Origin: Vicugna vicugna
Lineage: Eukaryota
Direction: 5' to 3'
NCBI GenBank assembly: GCA_013265495.1
Contig: MU057651.1
Span: 2,582,948-2,646,947 of the forward strand
DNA length: 64,000 bases
Shown here: positions 12,255-24,453 of the stretch, piece after piece
How the letters are laid out: each line of letters starts with the position of its first letter
How positions within the stretch are numbered: the stretch's first letter is position 1
Made by a program: the position numbers and the translations under genes
Notes under the pieces: generated by a model
Seen by the model: only the letters and a program-made list of their open reading frames with translations
The model's database searches: none
What the model was told of the DNA's origin: nothing

Positions 12255-12860
12255 GGACCCCAGTCCCTGCCCTGCCCCAACCCTGCCCAGCCACGCCCCA
12301 CACTATCCCCGCCCTACCACGCCCACGTCTCTGGCCACGCCTTTGTCCCATCCCAACCCTACCCTGGCCACGCCCCTGCCCCGCCTCACACTATCCCCGC
12401 CCATGTCCCTGGGCCCTCCCCTGTCCCACCCCAGCCCACCCTGCCCTGGCCACGCCCCTGCTCAGTCACGCCCCACNNNNNNNNNNNNNNNNNNNNNNNN
12501 NNNNNNNNNNNNNNNNNNNNNNNNNNNNNNNNNNNNNNNNNNNNNNNNNNNNNNNNNNNNNNNNNNNNNNNNNNNNNNNNNNNNNNNNNNNNNNNNNNNN
12601 NNNNNNNNNNNNNNNNNNNNNNNNNNNNNNNNNNNNNNNNNNNNNNNNNNNNNNNNNNNNNNNNNNNNNNNNNNNNNNNNNNNNNNNNNNNNNNNNNNNN
12701 NNNNNNNNNNNNNNNNNNNNNNNNNNNNNNNNNNNNNNNNNNNNNNNNNNNNNNNNNNNNNNNNNNNNNNNNNNNNNNNNNNNNNNNNNNNNNNNNNNNN
12801 NNNNNNNNNNNNNNNNNNNNNNNNNNNNNNNNNNNNNNNNNNCCGCCCCCGCCACGCAGT
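12255..12860. repeat. C-rich degenerate minisatellite spanning an assembly gap
   Basis: Repeated ccctggccacgcccc(tgc) units up to 12476; similar ccgcccccgccacg after the gap. Confidence 0.75.
12477..12842. other. Assembly gap (366 N)
   Basis: Run of n characters. Confidence 1.
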
Positions 12861-14265
12861 CCGTGGTCCAGCGTCTCCCTCCCTCGGTGCCCGCAGCTCT
12901 CACTCGGGCTCACAGTGGTCCCCAGCCCAGTGTAGACGTTCAGTCAACGTTATTTATTAGCTCTATTTCCCTCACTCCTCAGAAGACAGCAGAGTGGTGA
13001 CAATTAACCCGGTTTAACAGCTGAGGAAATCCGTCTAGGGGACCCGACTCACTCGCCCCAGATCACACAAGCGGTAAGCAGGGAACCCTGAGCCTGCAAA
13101 CAGGCTTTCCTGCTACCAAGGTGGCCTCAGCAGGTGTGCACGCGATGAAGGAGCTCACGGATCTCTCCAGAGCACCCTGACCCCCCTGCCTCTCCCGCTC
13201 CCCCACAAAAACCTCTGATGCCTCTGCGTCAGCCTCCCCGCCTCCCGGGGCACAAGGAGGACGGCGGGGTGGCCGCGGCGGGGGCCTCTGGTCAGGTGGG
13301 TGGGGTGGAGTGCAGGCAGGGGAGACTGGGGGAAGCAGGGAGACCACTGACCAGCACCTCCTCCAAGCTCCTTGGCCCTCCAGGCAGCGGTGCCCAGAAG
13401 AGGGCCCTCGGGTCCGGAGGGCCTGGCCTGGGTGACGGACGCTACCAGCAGCAGGCAGGGCCCGAGGAGGGCAGACACCCGGATGGACGGGAGGCTTCTG
13501 AAAAAGCAGCGATGAGAGGCCGAGGCAGGGTGGACAGGGCTGGGGAAGGACCCGGGACAGGAGGAGGGTGCCGGCGAGTCTGGGAGGCCTGCAGACAGAG
13601 CCCGGCCCCCAGGTGAGGGCAGACCAGGAGGCAGGGCCCCGGTGGGGAGAAGGGAGAAGAAAAATGTTGCTGCAGCTCAGGATCTAAGTCATCAAATATT
13701 AATCCTGTGGCCAGATATTAAAAGGACAAAGTGCTGAATCAAGCATTAATAATTACCAAGAAATCAGTATTTAATATGTCACAAGGGAGAACGCGGGAGT
13801 CCGCGGGCCGGGCCGCGGCCCGGAGCTCAGCAGGCAGGGATCGGGGGCAGAACATCCGGACTCCCGCAGGGCCGGTCCCCTGGTCCCCGCAGGTCCGCTG
13901 GCCTCAGACAGGTCCTCCCCTGTCTAAGCCACACACGAGAAGAGTCGTGGACAGTCGCTGCCAGAAGAGAACAGGAGACTTCTGTGTACTGGCGGAGACC
14001 TAAGGCCTTCACCTAGTGAGGAGTTTAAGCTGTGCCGGCGCTCACAGCTCTGGAGCGTCAGGAAAGTTCTAGAATGTGTCCCTCATGAACAGCACTCATC
14101 TCCTTTACGGGGCTGATACAGAATGGTTGCTTAACTTAAACTCAGGGAGACATCTAAGGACACTGACATCCTTCCTCCCCTGGTAACAACTCGGTGCATT
14201 TCCATCTTAACGGACCGCGCAAGAATCAGCTGGGTGAAACGGCAAGTCCACTGGCGCTACCGAGC

Positions 14266-14411
14266 TGGCCTTGGTGTGGACAGGTGGCCTTGGCCATGGA
14301 TAGGCAGCCTTGGCCATGGGCAGGTGGCCTTGTTATAGACAAGCGACCTTGGCCGTGGACAGGTGGCCTTGGCCATGGACCGGTGGCCTCAGCCGTGGAC
14401 AGGTGGCCTTG
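14266..14411. repeat. 20-nt minisatellite (ggacaggtggccttggccat), about seven copies
   Basis: Seen directly in the sequence. Confidence 0.9.
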
Positions 14412-15736
14412 TCTCCTGCGCACTTCTTTCTGCTCCTCCTCTCTGTCACCCGGGTCCTCCCTGGGTCACCCCTCTCTGCGGTCAGGCCACGATGCTTTCA
14501 GGAACACAAGGTAATTCTGACACCACTCAAAGCAAACAGAAAGGTCAACTGGACGTGAAGTCCCAAAGGCAGAAGTCTCAGTGCGACCCACATCGTCACC
14601 GAGCGTTAACTCCCCTCGGAGGTGGGTTAGCGATTAACCTGCTTTCAACTTTAAATACGTTTAACTGTGAATCTGTTAAAAGCCAGGCACTTCTGACAGC
14701 ACTCGCTTAGGGGGCTGTAGTTTTCACGAATCAAATCCAGCCGCTGGCTCGGCATGTTCCATCCACAGCCCTTAGAGCAAAAAGAAAACAGCGTAGAAGA
14801 ATTTAAAATACTCTGTTCCGGGGCAACCTGGACCATTTCCTGGGAGCGGGGAGGGGGTTCGGTGAGCACTGTAGCTGTTCAGATAATGGAATCACTCAGG
14901 GGTGTCTGATTTTACTTGAACCACGTCAAGTTCTAATAAAGACTGGCATTTACATCTTCCAAACAGAGGTCTTAAAGGATTGATTCTAACCGTCCAAAAA
15001 CCACTGCACGCATTCTTGGAAACACTCCGTGAGCGAGTGCATCTCAGAGGGAGACTCCCTGTGTCCCCTGTGCACGTGTGGCGGCTGCACGGATCCCTGG
15101 GGCTGCCCCTCACCCGCGTGTGGTAGCCCTTCTGCAGGGACCAGCGAGTGGCGGAAGCCGACAGCCAGGACGTTAGCAGAGGGGACGCTTCTGGGAATGC
15201 ACGTCCCGGTTAAGTGCCTCCTACACGGCCTGACCTGTTCCTAGTGAATCGCAGAGTTTCACACGTTTTTCCATTAAGTTTGGAAAAAATGACTAGAAAT
15301 GATACATTGTCAGATTAATTTTAGTGCATGGTAGTATCTCATGCAGGTTTTCCCTTAAGCAGTTTGATCTGCTGTCTTTGTCAAGTGGATTTATGATTCA
15401 TTCCATGTTTGTTAAAGGGTCTTTTTTCTGAATCATACTCTGCTGGGGAAGATAGTTTTAAGAATCACAAATGCCACGTTGGTTTTAAAATCTTAACATA
15501 GTTGTACACGTTGTAAAAAAGAGCAGGGCCAGCAGCCAACCCCCCACCCCCACCCAACTACTAAATTTTCTGATTCCCGTTACATTTCTTAAATTGAGTG
15601 TGTTCAACTTGCGATGCCTTATTTTACGGAACTTTGGGAGTTCTAGAGATGATGTCATTTTAGGAAGGTACGGTTTATCATTCTGACCTAGGTTTAAATC
15701 GGGAGGGTTTTAAAAAGTTTAATTATAAAGCTTTAT

Positions 15737-15920
15737 GGGGGAGAATACAGATCAGGGGGAGAGCGCGTGCTTAGCAGGCGGGAGGTCCTGGGTTCCAAAC
15801 CCAGTCCCGCCTCTAAAAATAAATAACCTGAGTTACCCCACCCCCACACACCAAATTAAAATAATACAATAATAAATAAAAAACATCAAGCTATGTTTAA
15901 AAAATTTTAAAAAAAGAAAC
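15737..15920 (+). mobile_element. Vic-1-type SINE (diverged)
   Basis: gagagcgcgtgcttagc...gaggtcctgggttcc, followed by an AAAT-rich segment, C-run and A-rich tail. Confidence 0.8.
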
Positions 15921-16934
15921 ATAAGTTAAAAATAAAGCCAAATATTAAAATAACCTCCAAGAACCTTACGAAGCGGTGCCACCTTGAAAGGGGTGGCGGG
16001 GTAGGGAGATTAAGTGCCTCTTCACTGCTAACTTGAGGCCAAAATATTTCCCCTGAGACTGTCTCTCTGAAAGGAGTAAGACACTGGAAGGGAAACGGGC
16101 ATTGATTTTATACATAAACTTTCAGTCCACACAGATCTCTAAGGTTGTATTTACGGGACAAATATTTACGGGTCAAACGACACGGCCGTCGATCAAGTTA
16201 TTAATAGCCACCTTCCTTCCTGAAATGGTCCAAACCAAAACCCGGGGCTCTGACTTTTGTCCCCAACATCCGAGTAGATCCTCAGATCTCAAACTCACAC
16301 CTGTATCTTGTCCCACTGCCATGAGCCAACGGCGGCAGATTCAGGGAAACACGTCCCTGTTGGGATTAATGAAGGATTCCGGTGAAGGGCTTCCAGAAAC
16401 CCAGCCAGGAGGAGGCCAGGTGCTCACCAGCCAGACCACAGGTGCGGGGGAATCCGCAGGGAGCAGGTGCCTGCGGCCGACCCCGCTGATTCCCTGGTTC
16501 ACAGCACCATCTAGCGTCGCCTTCCATCCGCCATTGAAGACAGCCGTCCTGCATTACTAGATCATTCCCGTACGCTGAAGGAATGCTTCTGCCCCCCGGG
16601 GGGCAGGATGCCTCAACTCTGTCCTTACTTCCCGACCCACGGAGCACCTGCTCACAGGCAGCGACTTCCCCGTTTCCTCCCACTGTCACCCTCGGGGGGT
16701 AAGGGACAAGGTGGGGCAGGGTGGCCGGCTTGCCTACTGTGCCCGACAGAACCCCAGAGGGTGGCAAAGTCTAAAGAGGAGAAAAAAACTGTGAGGCTGG
16801 GATAAAATCAGACGCATCTGTGTTCATCTTCCTCCGTGGTACCCAGCACACAGCGCCTAAAATCATCGTAATTTCTACGTGATAAGAGTACAGAGGGCAT
16901 CTCTGCTATAACATTTTCTTTCTTTCTTTCTTTC

Positions 16935-17530
16935 TTTGGTAGTTTTTGAAATAGCTCCAGAGCCGGGGTAAAAGCTGAAAGAAGTGTCTTTTGTTATTCA
17001 TAACAAGCCCTTTCAATCCTTTGAGTTTGTGCTAATCAGGTGACTCCTGGGAGGCCCCCAGGTAAGCACCTGATGGGGGCAGGTGGCCAGGGAAAACAGC
17101 CGCGTGGTTAGAGGGGTGGGGCTGACCTGCAGGGAGGGGAGAGGGGCTCGAGCTGGCCTTAATTGCCAACAGCCAAGGATTTCCTTAACCTACGCATGCG
17201 ATGAAGCCTCCAAAAAAACCCCCAAAGACGTGGCCGGAGAGCTTCCCGGCTGGTGAGCAGGTGCAGATGCGGGGAGGGTGGTGACCCCAGGGGGCAGGGA
17301 GCTTCACACACACCACCCTTTGCCCCTGTTCATCGGGCCCTGCCTGGGTGGGACCCTCCGTAGCAAACTTGTCACCTAGTCAGCAGACCATCAGCTCTGC
17401 GGATTGCTCTAAAAAAAATCATCAAACCAGTTATGTGGCGCCGGAACCGAATGGCAGGAACCCCAGCCGGTGTGGGAGAATCACCTGGAGTTGTCGGGTG
17501 GGAAGGCACCCCAGTGAGAGCAGGAAAGAA
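16935..17530 (+). mobile_element. MER21-like LTR
   Basis: gtgtcttttgttattcataacaagccctttca...gagtttgtgctaat...gaggggctcgag...gatgaagcctccaaaaaaaccc...gagagcttcccggctggtga. Confidence 0.75.
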
Positions 17531-18078
17531 AAAGGTCGTTTTTCTTGACAGCACCATCCGTACCTGGAAGTTCCCAGGCGGGAGTGCAAAGGCCAAAACT
17601 GACACATTTCCACCTGGCCGAGCACTGTCACGGGTCCAGCCCGCAGAAGCACTTCAAACCCAAACCGAGTTCCCTGGGCAAGCTACTTTTGGTGACCCAC
17701 GAGCTCACATGAATTCAATTTTTGCTGCGTAGCGTCGCTGGGACATAAGCGAGCAGAGGAAGAAACATCAGGTGTCACCCCATTGAGAGTATTCGGCCCT
17801 GTTGACTCATGATATGTAAAGATACTCAGCAAATAGAAAAGCCGATCTCTTGACCACAACTCCAAATAAAAACACGAATGCAGCTCCCAAATGCCGTCAC
17901 TTAAAAACAAATTATAAAAAAAATGAACCAATGCTCCATTTCAGTGGTAAGGATGAGCAGGCAGGAATGAAACCCCGTTTAGAGTTAGTCTGGCCACCAG
18001 GTACAAGAAATACACACAGGGAATTGGAGCGATTCGCAACTCCTGGTTGTTTTTGTGTTTTTACAAGAGAAACTTGCG

Positions 18079-18211
18079 ACATCCTCTCGTCTCTCCCGCC
18101 CCAGACAGCAGTAACCACACATTCAGTGTGTGTTCATTGAGAAACATCCTCTCGTCTCTCCCGCCCCAGACAGCAGTAACCACACATTCAGTGTGTGTTC
18201 ATTGAGAAACA
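18079..18211. repeat. Perfect 65-nt tandem duplication
   Basis: 18079-18143 is identical to 18144-18208. Confidence 0.95.
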
Positions 18212-20139
18212 CACTGTCAACACACTGATTAATCCAATAACCTGTAAGAATCTGTGTGTGGGTTTTTTTCTTTCTACTAGGACCACATAGTTTTGAAAGA
18301 GCCCTGCCTCCCCTTTGGGGGAAGTTGTGGGGCCCCTCCCCTCCCCACCCGCTCCCAGGACCCACTGGCCATCACCCAGCGCGCGATCGGGGTCCGCCGG
18401 CCACGTGAAACGGGCCAAAAATCCACGCGCATCCTGGGACCCGTAGAGCCGGACGAAGGGCAAGTTAACACAGTCCTCTCGGCTCTGCTGACGCCAGGAC
18501 AACCTGCTCCTCGCTCTGCATCACCAATTATTTTTCTGGCAAAGCCTTTCCTTTCGCTAATCCAAACGCAGGACTGCGCACGGCGGCCTCAGTCCTGTGC
18601 CCAGTTCCTTGGGAGCTCTGGCGTTTTTTTCTATTATTTTGGAACTCCATCTGGACCCGAGAGCACCCTACGGTCAGCGGCAGAGCCAGGATCCTGCCAG
18701 GCAGCTCTGTCGGCACAAAGCACTGGGATCCGGGATCCCCTGCTTCCACGAAGTTTGGAACCTGCTTTCCTTCAACCCTCGCTGACGTCCACAGTCTGTG
18801 GATCTAAGCGCCACCCCTTATGGTGACTTAAGTGTCTACAGCTTCTAGAACCACTTTGCTGTACGTGGGAAATTAATACAATATTGCACACCAACTCTAT
18901 TTCAATTGAAAAAAAAAAAGAGTTCTGACTTCTAGAACAATTGAGAAGTGATTTAGAACCAAACCCTCGTCTACCACCATGAGAAAGGCCGCAGGTGACT
19001 GTTCACTCATTGGTGACTGTGCCAGGGGCCGGGGACAGAAGGGTGGAGAGGACTGGCCGGTCCTAGGAGCCTCTAACTCCCCTACGCCAGGGAGCCTGGG
19101 CTCCAGCCCTGCCCGGGGCTACGGATTCGGACCTCCTTTTGCTCCCGACTTCTGAGGGGTGATGCCCAGCTCCCTTCAGCTTTGTTTCTCTGAATGCACG
19201 AGTGGGTGGAGACAAATCAATTATTCCAAGAACGCACGGCTAAAATCCCACCTCCTCCAGGAGAACCTGAAACCGGAAACCCCGGAGTTGCTGACTGAAC
19301 CCCAGGTTTATGGTCCCCATCCTCCACATGCACGCGGCCCGCCACGCAGCATTACAGCGCCCGTCTGCGCAGCGGAGCGGAGCCAGGTCCACGGGGCTCT
19401 CGACCCTGGACAGCACACACTGGACACACGTGGTGCAGGTCCTCTGTGCCAGAGATGCGGGTTCGTGGCACCCTGGGAAAGCATCCCGCACAGGCCTCCT
19501 GTCCCCGCACCCAGGAGAGTGCAGCGTGGTCCCGAGTGAGGCAGGAAGGCACCGAGGGTCTGCGAGCTCTCACGGTGGCCCCCAACCCCCGGACGGAGCA
19601 ACACACATTTAATAATGGAAAGGACTCTCCCAGATTAGCAGGTGCAAACGCCACATCTGACCATTAGGGAAAGTGAGGTCCACAGCAGCAGAGACGCAGC
19701 GTGCCACACGGTGACCTGGTGGCCTGGCCGAGCCGAGGGCCTGACATCTGAGCTGTGTGTCCAAGGGCAAGGCGGGAGCCACCAGGAGGAGCAGCCCTGC
19801 CTGCGCGCTCGCCACGGGCCCCTACGTTTGACATCGCTGATGCGTGTACCCCTCCAGATCAAAAGTGTAATGACAGCTCTTGATCGCTTCTCGATGCCTC
19901 AGCCCCAGGAGGGCCCGTCCTGGACGGGAAGGGGACGCCGCCCAGGGCAGGGCCGCCAGGGTGACTCCAGCTGAAGACAGCAGAGCCCCTCCCCGCCACG
20001 TGGCCCGGACGCTGCTCGGACACATTCCGGACCCACCAGCTGGGAGCCAGGGAGCTCCCCAGCCAAGCACCCGACCAGCCTGGCCATTTCGGACTCACGA
20101 TCGAATACACTCGGTGGCAACATTCCGGGCAGTGGTTTT

Positions 20140-20312
20140 TTAATTTAATCTAATTTTTTATTGACGTGTAGCTGATCTGCAACGTTTCAGGTGCACGGCA
20201 AAGCGATTCTGTGACACGTCTACATACATATCTATTTCCTTTCCAAATTCTTTTCTATTATTTCTTATTAAGAGAAATTGACTATAGTTCCCCGCGCTGT
20301 CCAGGAGGTCCT
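20140..20312 (-). mobile_element. L1 3' end fragment
   Basis: Reverse complement of the L1 tail seen at 45960-46110 (ttttattgacgtgtagctgat...atagttccc). Confidence 0.7.
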
Positions 20313-20774
20313 GAGGGTGGCGGGTTTTAAACATTTGGGGGGGTCAGAGTCCCCTTTTATAACTGGTTTTCCTCCCCCCATTTCAGGTCACACTTTGAAA
20401 TTTTTCAGTAGGGCACAGAACATTCCTTTAAATCAGAAATGGGGAATTAACACTTGAAAACAGATCTGAATCTGAGAGGCAGGGTGGCCCATGGAATTGG
20501 AGCAGGATTTCAGGACAGAAAACGCTTTTTGTTCATTAGCCCACGAATCGCCCAGTTTCCAGCCCGATCAGAAAGGTGTGAACACCAATCAGGTGCCACC
20601 CCGTGCTTATCGGATACCACGGCGATGAAAACTTTGGGTTTATTAATACTCAGTTGTTAGGTATCTCCAATAATCAGAGCGAAGAATTAAGACGATCTGG
20701 TTTTTCCTTTCTCTGAGACATTTTTAAAAAGAACAAGTGTATAAACCCTGCACCTGTCCCCGTCCCCCCAAAAT

Positions 20775-21252
20775 CCCCAAAAAACTGAAAGCCAGGACTC
20801 AAGAGGTATTTTGCACACCCATGTTCATAGCAGCAGTATTCACAACAGCCAGGGGGTGACGACACGCTGGAATCCATCAGTGGGTGTGTGGATACACACA
20901 ACGCTTGCTGCATGCAAGGGAACAGTCCCTGTTACTGAAGGATGAGGCAATTCGGACTCACATGAGATAAACCAACACTGCATGGTGCCATCTACCCGAG
21001 GTCCCTGGAGCAAACTCCTAGAGGCAGAGAGGCGAAGGGTGGGTGCCGGCGGCTGGGGGAGGGTGAGCTGGCGGGCTGGTTTCGCGGCTGCAGAATTTCC
21101 CTTTTGCCAATGACAACAGCTCTGTGGGCGGGTGGGTGGTGGTGACAGGCTACAGGACGGTGTAACTTCACGCAGAGCCACTGAATGGCCCACCTGACAT
21201 TGGTGAAGACGGTGCATTTTATGGCAGGCGTGTTTCACCACAATTAAAAATA
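20775..21252 (+). mobile_element. L1MB-like 3' end
   Basis: tgcacacccatgttcatagcagcagtattcacaacagcc...ccactgaat...tttcaccacaattaaaaa. Confidence 0.75.
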
Positions 21253-24200
21253 ATACTGCGTTAGTAAAACGCATTTAAAAGGTGGAATGTTCAGTATCTT
21301 CCAATGTGGACAATTGAAGCCTTTTTCTGGCTAATCTACTTGGGCACCTTTAAGAAGCCCTTGGGCCTAAACCCAGCGCCACTGGCTGGGGCTTCAGGGG
21401 CACAGGGTCCCGGGCAGCCCCACCCCCGCTGGTGCACCTGCCGCAAGCCCCGCCCCTCGGGGGGGCAGACGCGCCCCCCTCCCCCGACTCTGCGCAGGCG
21501 TCGTCCTCCCTCCTGCCCCGAGCGAGGCCACCCCGCCTGCTCGCCTCGTCCCCTGGGCCCGCGCACCTGCTCACGGGCGGCTTCCTCCCCCACCAGAACT
21601 GAGGGCACGGTGCGAGTCGCTCCCGATGGGCTCCTGGGGGCCAGTGCAGGTGGCCCGGGGTGACCAGCGGGGACAATGGTTTAGTGATGAAGAGTCCAGG
21701 GTCCCTCCCAGAAGAGAACCACCGCATCTCAGAGGCCCGGCCAGGAGGCCGAACAAGATGCAGGCAATGCCCAGGCCTGGGAGGCTGAGGTGGTGGGGGG
21801 ACCCCTGGGGCTGGCTTCTCGGGTGACCCGCCAGGTAACCTGGGGCACACGGGCTCGTGAAGCCCCAGGTCCAAGGTGCTTGCTTCCTCAGTGACGCCAA
21901 ACACGAATTCCTTTTCCCACCCAACAGTGATTTTTGCTACGAACGTGCACCAGTGCTGTGGACCGCGACAGGTGTTCATAAGGTGTTCATGTCTCCATGG
22001 CTCCTGCAAAGCTCCGCCAGACGGAGGCTGCGAGAGCAGAGCCTGGAGAGATGCAGTCTGCATCCTCGTGCACACAGCTGTGCCCTCAGCTCTTCCCCGT
22101 CTCCCCGAGCGGCCAGAAGGGGCCCGGGATGCTGGCTGCAGCTACTCTCAAGGTGGGGCCTGGGTTACGTACCCCCATCCTGACAAACCCCTCCTTCTCA
22201 CCACCGGGTCTGTGACAGCCTGGGAGGCCGCCACGCACGGAGGGGAGGATGTGTCACAACGCCCGGGAAGATCTCAGAATCAAATGTCCAGATGGTGGCA
22301 GCCCGACGGGAAAAAAGGAACTTAAAGATTAACCACTCTGGATTCTGATCCCAGGGTCACTGACGTTTTTAATCGAAGCTTTAGAGCATTGTGGAATTAT
22401 CCTATCCAAAAAGAAAGAAAAGAAAACAAAAAAGAAAAGAAAAGAAAGAAAAAGGTAGGAAGGAAGGAAGGAAAGCTACTCATTCAATGCAATGATTTGT
22501 TCCATTCATTGAAATCCGAAAGCCGGCACCTGATGGTCAGTGAATATGACCAAGAAATGAGTGGACATTTTCCATCTTTTTTGGACTTTCTCCTGTCTCA
22601 TCATCGCAAGGAAGGACCTGAGTTTCTTTCAGGTCTTTGAAGACTGTGATCTGTACCATGAAGCACACGGCAACACAGGAAAGGAATTTTCCACGACCTG
22701 CCAAGCAAGGACCCAGGACCAGGGCTACAAATTGCAGAAAAAAGTACAGATTCACTTGTGAGATTAAGATCCCTACTTGTACCATTAAAGGACAGTGAGG
22801 GGCGGGGGGACAGAAACATGCTCACAAAATATCACTCAAAAGGGTCAGAGATTACTGGCATCTTTCTCGCATGTTCCTTAATGATTTAATCTGTTTCTTC
22901 TCAACCTTGGAATTTTGCTTCCTAACTCTTCGATGACATCATGCATCAGGCAGGAGCCTGGGTGCAAGAAACTGCAGATGACTTGTCATCCTGGAAGATT
23001 CTCAACTTTCTACGAATCCTAAAAATATTAATCCGAGAACACTGGACTCGCACAGGGGAAACCCAGGGCAGCGTCCCAGAGTCTGTCATTCGCCCGCCCC
23101 GCACTTTCAAAAAGGCAGTTTTTTTTAAAGGTAAATAAATTAAGACACTGGGACGTCTCTGTTACTCCATTAACATGAAAACTCCGTGATTCTGTGAATC
23201 TACCTCCATCAGTGGAAAATTCATCCCTGTTAACTCCTATTTTTTCTTCGTTCGTCAAATATTTACTGAGCACCAGCTCCATCCCTGACATCATTGCAGG
23301 GACTGGAAATACAGACGTTAAGAAAACAGAGGAGAACCCCGCCGCCTGAATGTAGTGAAGTCCTAACCGACAAGCTTTGCAAAAGGTGCGAAACACAGTC
23401 AGGAAGGAGGTGAAACTTCTTTTACTGCCTCTGAAGAACGTAATTCTCTCCGTAAAGAAGCAGAAACGTGCTCTGCTTAGCAGACACCCTGAAGACGGCA
23501 GGGGCCCCATGGAAAGGGGCCACCTCAAACCCACGGGGGGATCCCCAGGTGAGCATCGTGCAAGAGAGGCCGGGGACCTGCAGGTGGCAGAAAAGAGGGC
23601 CGTCTGTGTCCTCAGACCAGAACAGCCTCGGTAAAAGTTAACAAAGTGCTCGAAACCAGGGAAGTATCCCAGAGGCCAGGAACTCCCCCGGGACAGCCGC
23701 GCCCCCCCTGCTTGGCAGGAGGGGAGAGTTTTAACATCAGATCTGTTTACATAAGGCATTAGAGGACAGTCAAGTAGAGGGCACTGAGCTCTAGGAAGAG
23801 CCCGGTTTCTCAGGCATCAGGATGGGGAAAGATCTTCCACGAGGACGAACCAGGCGATTTCAAGAAATGGCACGTCTCCCAGAACGCGATGCCCGGGAGA
23901 GAGGAGCCGTCTTTCTGGGATGTGGGTGGAAACAGGGTTTAACTGGGAAGCTGGGACGTTCGGGACGGGGCAGGTGGGGCCAGGATGGTCTATGTTTGGG
24001 TCTCTGGAATCTGTCTGATGAGCTGGACCACCTGGAGAGCTTCTGTGTGTGTGCACAGGTTCCCGGGACGCACCTAGATCCATTCTGCATCCGAATCAGG
24101 GGTTTTTACTCTTAAGATAATAATTTGTCGCCAAGAGGAATAACAGCTCACATACAAGGGGCACCCTCTGAGCAATGGCCCAGGAGGAGGAGAACTCAAG

Positions 24201-24356
24201 GCGGTCCGTCTGGGAATTCGGGCTGTCACTGATAGCCAGGAATTCTGGTGGAGCCGGCACCGAGGGAGAGGCTGCACATACTGGACCCACGGGAGAGGGG
24301 AGGACGCACATTCTGATTTTTTATTATCTCTCCACGTATGTAAGATTGCATGCATT

Positions 24357-24453
24357 AGGGGGAGGGTGGAGCTCAGTGGTAGTGTGTGCTTAGCATGCAT
24401 GAGGTCCTGGGTTCCATCCCCAGTCCCTCCATTAAATAAACTAATAAATAAAA
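24357..24453 (+). mobile_element. Vic-1-type SINE (short form)
   Basis: ggggagggtggagctcagtggtag...gcttagcatgcatgaggtcctgggttccatcccca. Imperfect TSD aagattgcatgcatt (24342-24356) / aagactgcatgtatt (24454-24468). Confidence 0.88.

Noticed and set aside
12110..13000. Long ORFs of up to 296 aa
   Set aside because: Artefacts of reading through the N gap and a C-rich repeat.
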